Of a DNA stretch of 64,000 bases, positions 13,701 through 25,640 are shown one piece after another. The notes below the pieces were generated by a model, which saw nothing but the letters and a program-made list of their open reading frames with translations, did not search any database and had not been told where the DNA came from. The stretch comes from Syncephalis fuscata S228. Taxonomy: Eukaryota > Fungi > Zoopagomycota. Location of the stretch: the NCBI GenBank assembly GCA_025786725.1, contig JAHLTZ010000002.1, positions 124,001 to 188,000 of the forward strand, read 5' to 3'. Position numbers and translations under genes: made by a program. How positions within the stretch are numbered: position 1 is the stretch's first letter; the number at the start of each line of letters is the position of its first letter.

Positions 13701-15967
13701 TTTACTATAACTACCACAGATCTCCTTCATCTCATTTTCCATCTCCTTCTATTTTACACCGTCATCGCATCCTATTATTCTTGTTGCCTTTATACCGACT
13801 ATTTCCATTCTTCTGCATTTCGATCCTTCTGCTGGGCAACACATTGCGATACACACGCGCACCCTATTGATTCCGAATTCTCCTCGCTTCCTTCGTCTCT
13901 ATTATTCGCGTGTGCACATTGATTATATACAAGGGCATTCCTCCTCTACCTACCACAACTGATCGTCAAGGCCATTTATTAGCCTTGAGAGATAACTATA
14001 TCCAACTAACTGTCTTTGCCACGTGTGGTCGCGTAAATCATTTCAGTGCAAAGCCCAGTTTTCTCCGACTCGTGCGTCCTGAACTATCAAATTTCTAACT
14101 ATCTGCAAGACCACGCGTTGCGTGCTACAGACATTCACAGACATTCTTCCTTACACTCTTTCGCCACCATCTAATCTTTCTTATCCCTGTTCTCATCCTC
14201 CTCCTCTCCTCCTTCTACTTCTCCACACTACCACTATAATTCTAAACACCTTTTAATAGATTGCCAATCATCCCTTTTTGTCAACGCTAATTCTATCCGT
14301 CCGTTCGCCCTCCGTACGTTTATTTGCCCCTTCATTAACTATTAACTTTTGTTCTTCACTCTGTTTGCTTGACGTTTCTGCCATCCTAATCACTACTACT
14401 CTGCTATAGACGAACCATAGCGTTCTTTCCACTCTACGTTAACTATTTTTTACTATCACAACTGAACGGTTATTACTGTTTGCCATTTTTCCGTTACGCT
14501 CCATTTCATAGACTTTGAATAGGTAAGTGAACCCATTGCTTAAATTACGCAATCCATTCGTATATCATCTACGGCAATAGAGCTGTTTGTAGAGCACGTG
14601 TCTACATATTTGTGTGTGTGAAAGAAATAGTTTGGCTGGTTATTCGGTAAAGGGTGACTTGCGCAATCCTCTTGCAAGTTGCTTGGCAGTATGTGGATCA
14701 GCAACCGTGCTAAGCCGTGCAGCACTAATCAGAGCAGTGTGCAGTCGCGTGATATGGCAAATCCTTCCAGTTTGGTGACTATTTTTATTTTGTAATGGTT
14801 CAGTGTTTTAAGCCACTGTAAATGAATGGTGGCCTTTGCTTTCAAGGGATCATAGGCAGTATGAGTGCACACACACACCACACACATATGCACACAGACA
14901 TACACGCATTATCATGCAATTTAGATGTCGAGTTGAACGGCATTTCTGCGTGCTTGGCAGCCGCAGTTTATTCGTTTTGATCACACGGAGAACCTGTTCC
15001 GCGTGGAATCCAAATATCGAAATAGGTGGATCAGCTCAGCCTTTTCCGCAAACGCTCGTCTATTTGCAGGTTGTGTGGTGTGTGGTGTGTGGGTGGCCAG
15101 GCCCTCGAATGACCTCGACCATTATTGAACTAGTGTCTATATCAATTTACTTTTGTTAATTGAATATGATTAATTTAATAATTTCTCTCTGTGTGTGCGT
15201 GTGTGTTTAAATAGTTGATATCTACACTTTATTATAACTGTTTGAAAATACACGTATTTATTGGGCACTGGAACACTTTGAGTTATTCATGGGTGTTTAT
15301 GATGGTAATATGACGTGGGCGAAGCCACACATGCCTTGTACACTGCCTTGTGCCTATACAGTCGTGACTGTTTTAAGTCATTCAGCACCATTGAGCTGAA
15401 TAATTAGCATTTCCAGTTTTGCATGACTGCAGCATCCAGACATTAAAACGCTCCTGCATTATCTCAAGAAAGGCCGGGGCTCGTGAGTGCAAACGCGCAC
15501 GTGCTATCTAGTTTACAATTCCCAGACTACTACCTGTAACTAGATCGAATTAGTTTTCTATATAAACCGATGTTCGCAGCGGCAATCTATAGCCCACGAA
15601 TACGAAGCTTTACACTCCACCTTAGCTTCTCCTTTCGTTTTGCCTTCATTTGTGTTCGCCTTATTTTCCTGTGACTTGTTTTTATTTCAGAATCAACGCT
15701 GAGTACGACTCGGCTTTTATTTTGTAGTTCGTTGTTTCAGTTACGCCATTGCCCTTGCTTAGTTAGTGCGAGAGCTATGTAGCTGTTGAATGACATTATT
15801 ATTCCTTTAACTGTGTTTTTTCTTTTCTTTTGATATTATTTACTAACTGTTTTCTTTATTCAATTACATTGTACTACGCACGCTATCGCAGGTCGATCAT
15901 CGTACCGTCTTGGTTAATTATATTGGTGATAATTTGATTATTCAACAACATCGAATTTCTTGTAATC

Positions 15968-16940
15968 ATGGATTTGCACCGCACTAGTTTCCCGTTGTCC
16001 TCGGTGGTCCGCAGCAATGTTGAGAAGCGTGGCTGGATCTCCAAATGGAGTACCAGTGGATTGCGTCGCGGATGGAAGAAGCGATATGTTGTTCTAAAGG
16101 GCAACCATCTTTCTTCTTTAAAAACCTTAAAGATGACGAGCCAGTAGTTAGTGTCATCAATCTTGAGATTACCGCAGTGTATGGCAGGACAATAACTGCA
16201 AAAAATCGCGTCACTCATTCCGACTATCGCCAACAACTGCTCCAGCCGACCTTAATAAGCTAAGTATTATGACAGGTCGCAGTAAAGAGCTGCAATTCTT
16301 CGCGGACAACGCCGAAGACATGCGCTCTTGGATCCAGCATATTCAGCGCAAATTGCCTCGCGCTGAAGGCAATATTTTGGACAGTGTGCTGCGTCGTCTT
16401 GATTATAACAAATATTCGCGTCCACGTAGCAGCAGCGACCTGCGTTCGCATTCATCGCGCGACTCTATCAGCAGCGGTAATGGTGGTGAAGCACCATCAT
16501 TGTCGAGTGGCGGTAGCAGCGGCGAGGAGACACCTCACGGCAGCGTTACCTCCGGTACACCTGTAGGTAGTCCAATGGTCATGGCCGCTTCAATGGAGTT
16601 GGCCGTAAAGCCTATGACTGCTATTGAGCGCCGCCGTATCCGTCGCACCACAATGAGTCCCACCATTGAAAATAAGCTATCACGCCGTCGCAGCTCCCCC
16701 TTGTTGCCTGGTGGGTCACAACGTCGTATGATGCGTCTTGATCTTGACCGTTTGCCAATGCCTACTTTCGAGGTGACCACGCCATCGATGACTACACCAA
16801 CATTTGGCGTTCTGTCCCCCGCACCATCATCACCAGCCGCAATTGATTTTGATGGCTATGTATTGTCACTACGTGCTAGTCTGCCTGATACGGAAGAAGC
16901 TGCATCTCATGATGCACTATCCCATATGGAATTCATGTAA
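15968..16940 (+). CDS. PH-domain protein with S/P/R-rich C-terminus (two apparent -1 frameshifts)
   Basis: VEKRGWISKWSTSGLRRGWKKRYVVLKGNHL / FFFKNLKDDEP..VINL / DYRSV..SRHSFRL..ELQFFADNAEDMRSWIQHIQ is a canonical PH pattern. Frames shift at ~16110 and ~16168. Confidence 0.8.
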
Positions 16941-18760
16941 TCACCATCACTATTGATACAAAGACGTGCTGCGCAGTGCGCCGATCATCAATGCTATTCA
17001 ACAACAATAACCTTTAGCGCTATTTTTCCTTCTACAACAACAACTCTAGTAACACAACACCATCTACTAAAAGCAATCACTTGCATATAGTTATCATCGA
17101 ATCATTAGTTGAAACATATTGGCCGCCAATATCCGGTCTTTGCTTTCACTTTATTCGCATCAAGCTCGTTTCTCTTTCCTTATTCGTACTATTCTCCTTT
17201 TACCGTATCCACTTATCATTCCTATTCCGTTGTTTTTCTAGCTGTTACTCGTTCGACATATTATATTTCGACGTTATGTTTCCTTATGCCATTCCACTAT
17301 CTGCATATATTTTGCTTATGTGCACTTATCCATATGTGCTTTGATTTGTACCGCGTTTCCGTTTACTTAATTTACCATTGACCAAGTGTTATATACGGTG
17401 AATGTCAATTCATACGTAGTGTAGTATTTAGTTTATCGGTAATTGTTTTTTGTTTTCATTAAGCCGTTTGTTCTTTTTTCGCATTCTATTACTATTATTA
17501 CCAGTGATGATGGATTTGGTTATTTGTTTAAACCAACCAATTTTCCAAATTTAATGGACTTATTCTTGTGTGCAGTTTAGTGAAACGGCCATACTGATAT
17601 ACAATCATTGGACGTATTCACCGCACTTGAATAGCATTTCTCAAATGCATGCTGAGTCTTGTACGCGTACGCTAGTATGTCCACAGTTAAGTTTTTCACA
17701 ACTGTGCTGCACTATCCATGGCAGCGGATTCCCAGTATAGAAATGAAATTTTTGGCTGACGGACTACTTGCCGCTCGACTCGGCATTGTCCATAACTACT
17801 AATATTATTACTACTACTATTATTATTATCATGCTCCTCTATTATATTATCATTATTATCACCGCAATAGATGCCGATTCAGTTCTGTCGGTATTGTTTT
17901 ATTGATTCGGTAGCCGTTGTGTTTACACTTCAACTGGTTTTAATTTGCGATTACTTAAACGACTCTTGTTCAACATATACCATCATCTATCCACGACCTA
18001 CCTGATTCATCACTAGATCCGCGACACAACTGTACACCATTTACTGGTGTCTACTCGACAACACCACTCGAGACTATACAATAATTGTCAACAGCAGCAA
18101 CAATAACAGCAACAACTGACCTAAAAGGATATAGTTTTTGATAACAGTCTATACTGCACAACTACATCCACATAATCATTGTTACTTGACCTTGATAGAT
18201 CAATAGCAATTTGTATTGCCAAGTATTACTACCTTTATTCAAGTAGCAACTGAGCTATCATCATCGCCATACTAGTTCCCGTCACCGATGTTAGCTCTCT
18301 TCCTCTCTCTCCCTCTTTCAACATACTCAACACTCAGCTTGATTAGCGCCACCATTATCATACATATAACTTTTGTTTTCGATTTACTTTATGACACATT
18401 ACGTATGGCAACTATCGTCAACGTATCGTTTAGCTTTTATTTTTCGTAACAGTCTATTACTGATGGATGTTTGGTTTTTGTTTGTTCATACACCATCAAC
18501 TGCTTTGCGTAAAGGCTTTCCAACGAGGAGACTTATTAATACGCACAGATATACATATAGGTGTTACGGTTTTACGCCTTTGATGAACTACCTTAATGCA
18601 CAATCCATTATTTGTTTTTCGCTTTACGTACTGCCGTGTGGACTCACCAGTTTGTTATCACCGCAGCCTATGGATACCTGATTTACCTTACTTTTTAATG
18701 TTTATCAGTGTACAACTCTGTGAGTTGTAATTTCGAGCTAAAAGTGGTATATTTGCTATT

Positions 18761-18843
18761 GCCGCCGCCGCCGCCGCCGCTTGAATATGTCTGTTGGTTT
18801 ATTATCCTTCTCAGCATGTACTGCCGCCGCCGCCGCCGCCGCT
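18761..18843. repeat. Two (GCC)n microsatellites
   Basis: GCC runs at 18761-18780 and ~18823-18842 in otherwise AT-rich non-coding DNA. Confidence 0.9.
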
Positions 18844-19965
18844 ATAGCTTAGCCACTTTAAATCAGCGACAAATTACCTAGGTGCTTATGTCCTGATAAC
18901 GCATCTATTAATTCTTTTATTCCGCACCATAACTATACACGCTAGAGTTGACAAGCCCCGCTGGGCGGGCTCTAGACAAATCCACGCTGTGGCGTGGTAT
19001 GATTGTTCATAGTATTGACAATTATCCTCCTACACTTTGTTCAATTACTTTGGATTGCTTTACAATTGACATTGATGTTTTTGGTTTGCCTCTTCATTCC
19101 TTGGCATCATCAGTTGTAGTTTGTCCCTTTTGATAAACCACAGCCTTGTATGGCAATTATTAGTATTTAGGTTGTTTATTTTGTGTCCAACAAGTGTAAT
19201 ATTAAATGTTTAACTCGATATTATTGTATTGTATTTGTTGCTAATACAAATATCTAATTGCAATCTATGTCATAAGGTCTTTTCTATGCTATGATTCATA
19301 TCTTTTAACATGTAATAATAAATCGCAGCCTCGTAAATACACAATAATTTATATGTTAGCAGATAGTATATAGAACCAAGTATATTGAAGTTCACAAATA
19401 GTATGTAAAACTATTTTGTTCTATAGAAACATTAAATTGATGGCTAATGCAATGTGCATTATTGAACATCGAATCTAGACTATTGAATTTCTATCTGAGT
19501 TGTAATTAGTGCCAGCAAAAGATTATCCCGATCCGTGGTATTTACTGACAAATCTAAATTTCTTTTTGGCTATCGATGCTTGACAAATAGGAATTGCACA
19601 GAAATGGTATTGCTACAATAAGCCATATGCTGTCCGCTTTATACTACTTAACGTCTATAAATAAACATGGGAATGCAGCTTTAAAAGATTTGTATTTCCA
19701 AATTTTGTATTAAACTATTAAAGGTTGTTTTTTAGTTTATTCCATGTGCTCTTTTCACGATTTCCTACTCAGACGCGTGTATATTGTATTTATCCAGTTT
19801 CGTGGTAAACATGTCGACTAGTTTACCACGTATTTTGCTATAAATACCTGTATTTCTAGTACATTTATTTGTCTATCCATCATATTATACTTTTTCTTAC
19901 GTGTAGCTTTATAGAAAGTACGACATTTTATTTAACGATTCAACCTTAACAAAGCCATACTTGCG

Positions 19966-21178
19966 ATGAATCCATTCTTGCTGTTACTGCCGCTGCTCTC
20001 ATGCTAGTATCGGTTACTCAGGTCACCCTTGTTAATGGCACACCAGGTTTAATCAAATCAAAGCTTAAGCCTGAGCCCAAGCCCGAGTCTGATATTAGGT
20101 TTATTCGTAAGCATCTACTCCAAGCTATCCACATTATTTACTAACATCATTATCTATGTAGAATTTATGGGTATTAAAAACAACGATCCAATTAATCCAT
20201 TTAATATACATGGTATCCAGTTTACAGGCATTCCATACGAAGTTAGAGGTGTTCACTATGTCAAAGGAAGGCAGCATAAACAACCTATTACACTTGCGTG
20301 TGGGCCAGATCCAAATCCAAGAAATAGTGCTTTTCAAGTATACGAGGCAAGTTTTATATAGCAATAACTATACCATAATTAAAAAGCATCACCATCAACA
20401 GGATTTAATGGCACATTCTTCATTATTTAACAGCGACAAGTTTTCTGTTGCTGTGCCTAAAGGCAGTTTTATAATTCCTGGACAAATTAGATGTTATGCT
20501 TTACCAGGCCAATGTGAACAGACATATGACAACTTTGCCGAAAATCCCCTCAGGTATGACTAATTCAATAGTATTACTTCCATATAATATCTATAATGCT
20601 AACTTTTAATTAATGTAACTTAAAGCGATATGGACAAGCTATTAAGTCTGTGGCAGAATATTGGATCAGGTACACGTTTTTGTTGTTTATATGATATATA
20701 CTAAATCGTTATTAGGTCTAGATGCTATAGGAAAAGTGGGATGGTATGCCCACAAGAATTTTGATGGTAAGTATGAACTTTATTAATAATATTTGTATTA
20801 ATTGAATTGCTAGATATTTGCATCACCAAAAGCGAAAATGATAAATATATACCACAGTTTTTTAGCTTTGATAATGCCGTTTCAGTAAAAAAAGAGCTTG
20901 ATTACGAAACAGTGAAAATACGTTCCGATATAAGCTATTTTATTTTAGAAAAAATATTTCGACTTGTTCCTGACAAAGTAAAAGTCAAGATAATCTGCAA
21001 ATTTTTAGATAAGACATACACGAGAAGAAGGAGAGTTGTATACAGTTCGGGCTGGCTTTATTTTGAACTTAAGAGTCTAGGAATAGATGAATGCTTAGAA
21101 ACAGCAGATGAAAACACTATAGATGCACTGGAAGGAATGCTTTTAACTAATAATCCAAGCTGGCATTCTCATCAATAA
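19966..21178 (+). CDS. Secreted kinase-fold (pseudokinase-like) protein, copy B (possible pseudogene)
   Basis: Paralogue of copy A with the same intron positions (GC-AG 20347..20401). GLDAIGKVGWYAHKNFDDICIT..PQFFSFDNA, ending LEGMLLTNNPSWHSHQ. 1-nt deletion just after the ATG, and the intron-3 acceptor AG appears missing. Confidence 0.6.
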
Positions 21179-21658
21179 TTCATTAAATAAATTCATAGTA
21201 TTTTATGATTCAATTTTTATTATTAATATATTTTATGTATTATGTATTTAGTTATTAAATATTTATTTATTCATCTATTATATTATATAACTTCTATTTC
21301 AGTATACGGCGATGTTCAGGAGAGTGCTTCAAAGGAGTAGCTGTATTGACTATTATCATGATTGTATACATTTTGAAATAAATACATTAAAAACAAAAGT
21401 GAGTGCAAAAGAGCTTCATTTATTCAACACACCATTTGTTACACCTACTCTCATCCGCACGGTTGTCCATTTGTTTCCTCTTCTTCTCCTCCTGTTCCTA
21501 CTGCTCTTACTAACAGCTAGTGGGTTGATCTACGATTAAAGTAAATATTACTTAGCGTGGCTTGCTTGCAGATCTATCGACAAGGAACAAATCGCGCCAA
21601 ATTTAGCGTTATCACTTTATTTCTACCTGTATACTTTTTAATTCCACTTGATCTTGAC

Positions 21659-23338
21659 ATGTCGGCGCCTACAGCCGCGACTATTGCTAGTGACGATAAT
21701 GTCGCTATGACTGCATCTCCTTTGGCGGGGACGAATAAGGTAGGCAAATAGTTAACATTTGGCTTATTGACCAGGTAGAACTATAACTTATCAAATGCTA
21801 GAGACGGTCAATGGCCAGTTCACGTCACGAATCTCTAGGTAGTGAGGGTAAGCTATAGACGGCATTAATAATCTACAGTGTTTATTGACAAGCCAATGCA
21901 GAACTGAAGTTTAAACGAAAATATCGCGATCTGAAGAAGAAAGTACGCACTATTGAAGAGGTAGGCTTTTAAGCTGGCTATTACAAATAGTTATTTATTT
22001 ATCTACAGGAAACAGACAAATTAGTTTCAAAGTTACGGCATTTAAAACGCGAAACTAATCGATTACGATTGAGAGAAGGTATTTTTATTGCCACATTGAT
22101 GGTGCAATTGTCACTAATATTTCGTATAATGAACTAGCTTTTTGCATGAGAAATTAGAACAAGATGGTGTATTTGAAGAACCTATATCGTCAGGTTCAGA
22201 TGACGAGGAAATACTAATGGCACTTGCCACGGCCACTGGTCTGGCATCTAGCTATAATGCAAACTACAACGGTGCTATGGTAAATAGCATGTTATTTTAT
22301 TTTCCTTTATTTAAATTGAATTGTTCTTTGTTTCTATTTATCTAGATGGGACCTGGTGGTCATACAGGCTTGGGAGGCAGCAATGAATCATTTGCCGAGG
22401 GTGTAGCTCATCAACACCAGCAAGGCGGAGGGGGCCGTGGCGGTAGACGGGGCGGTGCAGCCACAGGCGGATCTGACCGTACACCGAATCGACGAGGAAG
22501 ACGCGGCAACAACGATGGTACTCCTACTTCACGCCGTGGTGGCGGTGGCGGTGGCGGAGGAGGCGGCGGCGGCAATGCCAATCCCTTTTTTGCTTTTTGT
22601 CAGAAAGAACGTGCTGCAGTACGGGCCATTATGCCGGATGCCACCAACGGAGAGATTACACGTGAGCTGGGCCAGCGATGGAGGGCGTTGACCGATGAAG
22701 AACGGCAGGTAAGTATTTTTTAATAAAATATAATAATGGTTAGTAATATAGATATATAGGTGTTTTACGAACTGGTTGAGAAACAACGTGCAGAACGTGC
22801 TGCTGCCGCTGAAGCTGCTGCTACCTTGGCAGCCAGTAACATTGAAAACAGCAATGATAATAATGCTAATAGCATTGCTGGTGTCGTAGCCGAACCGAAT
22901 AATACAGTAGCCTCTAATGCCAGTAATGGCAATGCAGGAAATCCAGTATCTATGCCCAACACAAGTGCTACTGCTAATACAATTGCCAGCAACACAGCAG
23001 ATTCTACAAAAAGTGCTACTGTCACCGCAGGAACTAACGTGGAACACCAGGGAAATAGTCATGGTATAGCTGATGGACCAACGGGCGATGTCGACTATCT
23101 AGATCCGTTAGCTTGGAGTGAAGATACTCATACATCATCAACAGAAACCGACTCTGACCAAGAAGATGCTCATCTACCGTTGGATGAAGAAGAGGACGAG
23201 GAGGTTGAAGAGTTAGAAGAGCTGGATGAAGAAGAGGAACATGGTAGTTCAATGGTACCAGGCAATCAGGCACATTGTATGACAAATAACAATGGCAATA
23301 ATGCTGATACGACAATGATGTCGGTGGATGTGGACTAG
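21659..23338 (+). CDS. HMG-box protein, NHP10/INO80-subunit-like (multi-exon)
   Basis: Coiled coil KFKRKYRDLKKKVRTIEEETDKLVSKLRHLKRETNRLRL, HMG box NPFFAFCQKERAAVRAIMPDATNGEITRELGQRWRALTDEERQVFYE, Gly-rich linker and acidic tail. Confidence 0.75.
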
Positions 23339-23539
23339 AATATTTGAAAATTTATTTCAATTCATTCGTTTTGTTTTAAAATAATCACACCTATTATTAC
23401 ACACCTAAACACTAGCTTTTTATAAACTGTAATAGCCATTTTACAAATAAATAGCGATATAATATTAGTAGCTAATAAACAAATACATGGCACATAAAAT
23501 ATATAAATAGTTGAAATAATTGGGCTATATATGCCATGA

Positions 23540-24579
23540 CTTTTTAATAAACTATTGGCCATTGGTAATACTAGTTAATTACTCGTTGACTTCAATAGCA
23601 TGTTATTGGTTGCAAGTGCAATATCATCTTCATAGAAAGCGCATTATTCTTTCTACGGTATATTGATTTAGATAATTACTGGACATTGGTACTTCTTTGT
23701 TGACACAGCATTATTGAAGTCTTTAAAATATACCTGGTATCCAGATGCATTAGGATTTCCATTGATGCAAATATTTAACAATTTTATTAATATAACCACC
23801 AACAACAGCATACTCCCACCATCAAATCCCTGTGAACAGCCCATCCCTCATCTAGTAGAGACTTTAAACCTACTAATTGCTTAGCTCTAGTATATAAATA
23901 ATAAAATCATATACCTTTTGCGAGTTGCCTGAACATATCCCTTGTATGTTTTGCTCATTTTCAGGAATTTTAATTGGAGTATCAACATATTTTCCCGTTA
24001 GATGATTTAGTTTCGTTGCAGTAGTGGGGACATATCTGTCCTGGATTTCTTCAGCAAGAATTTAAATGTCTTTACATTCATGATACAGCATGACATAACA
24101 TACTTTCCTTTGATTATCAAGCATCTTTCAGGTATAGCAACTAAGAATCATTGTTTTTAGATAATCCTGGTTTTCTACTAAATTTATTGATAATGATTAT
24201 TGGTTTCTGCATGTCTATTGCTATATATAACTTACCTTGTATACTTGAATGGCGCTATTTCTTGCATTTAAGACTGATTCACATGCAAGTGTAATGAATT
24301 GGTTATGTTGTGTTCCTTTGACATAGTGAACACCATCAACGCTGCGTGGAGTGTTTGTAAATCAGATATTATATACGTTAAATGGATTTTCTTTATTGTT
24401 GTTTGATACCCATAAATTCTATATGAATAATACAGTTAGTAAATAGCATGGACAACTTGGAGTAGACGCTTACTAATGGGCTCGGACCCAAACAAACCTG
24501 GTATACCATTAACAGGAGTGACCTGAGTAATTGATACTAGCATGAGAGCAGTGGTAGCAATAGCAAGAATGTATTTTAT
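23540..24579 (-). pseudogene. Secreted kinase-fold family copy C, degraded
   Basis: Start codon ATG>ATA at 24579, with internal stops and frameshifts. Retains GLKSLLDEGWAVHRD (23834-23826), DICIN and YFKDFNNA (23721-23716). 3' boundary approximate. Confidence 0.7.
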
Positions 24580-25640
24580 TGTAAGTATGGCTTTGTCAAA
24601 ATTTAGTCGTTAAATAAAAAGTGGTGTTTTCTATTAGACTAGTATGTGAGGAAAGAGTACGACGTGATGATTAGACAAATAAACATGTTAAAATGCAGAT
24701 ATTTATAGTAAAAATACACCGTACGATAGTCAACATATTTACTATGAGGCTGAACAAATACAATTATGCGCTTCTGAGTAAACAACGTGAAAAGAGCACA
24801 TGGAATAAATAAGCGACAAATTTCCGACATCTCAATATAGAATTTGAAATAAAATGTTTCGAAAATGCTTCTTATTTCTATCTAAAGAGATTGAATGGCA
24901 CGACAAACAAAACGGTAACTCATTATAATAATGCCATTTTTACATGATTGTTACTCCTGGAACAATGATATCCAAAAAATTTACAGGTTTGTTAGTAAAC
25001 GCTGTGGACTGAAAACCATCTTTTTGTTGATACTAATTACAACTCATAGAAATGCTGTAAATTTAAATACAAATTTCTAATTGTATAAATTGTAATAATC
25101 AATAGTTTAATAATTATTTAGACCAAATTAAATTATTACATGTTATTTGTGCACTTCAATATACCTAATTCTTTACAATATTTACTATCGTATAAATCAA
25201 TGCCATTATTAATTAATCACCAATACTCGCTTCATGAACTGATAAATCGATTGTTAATTGCCAATAATCAATGTAAAAGTAGTGTTTATTAAGTAGTAAA
25301 TGACAATAAATTATATTACAAAAATAATAAAGTAATACGTTAAACTACATATAGAAACCATAACATATAATTAAATTATTTCATTAACACAGATATGAAT
25401 CATAATGTAGAAATTTTTTATAATATAGATTACAACTAGACATTTGTATTAATAACAAATACAATGCAGTAATATCAAGTTGTGCTCAATATCCACACTG
25501 GGTAATGACTATATCGCAGTGTGATACATGTCAATATAACAGGAATGGATTACTATTTTTTCTTTTTTTTCTACATTCTTTGCCATTCTCTTTATTCATT
25601 CATCAATTCTATTACTACTGGCATTGTTATTAAAGCTACT

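Noticed and set aside
18950-18976. Helitron 3' end (hairpin + CTAG)
   Set aside because: CTAG abuts the hairpin with no spacer and is not followed by T. No 5' TC end or second copy was seen.
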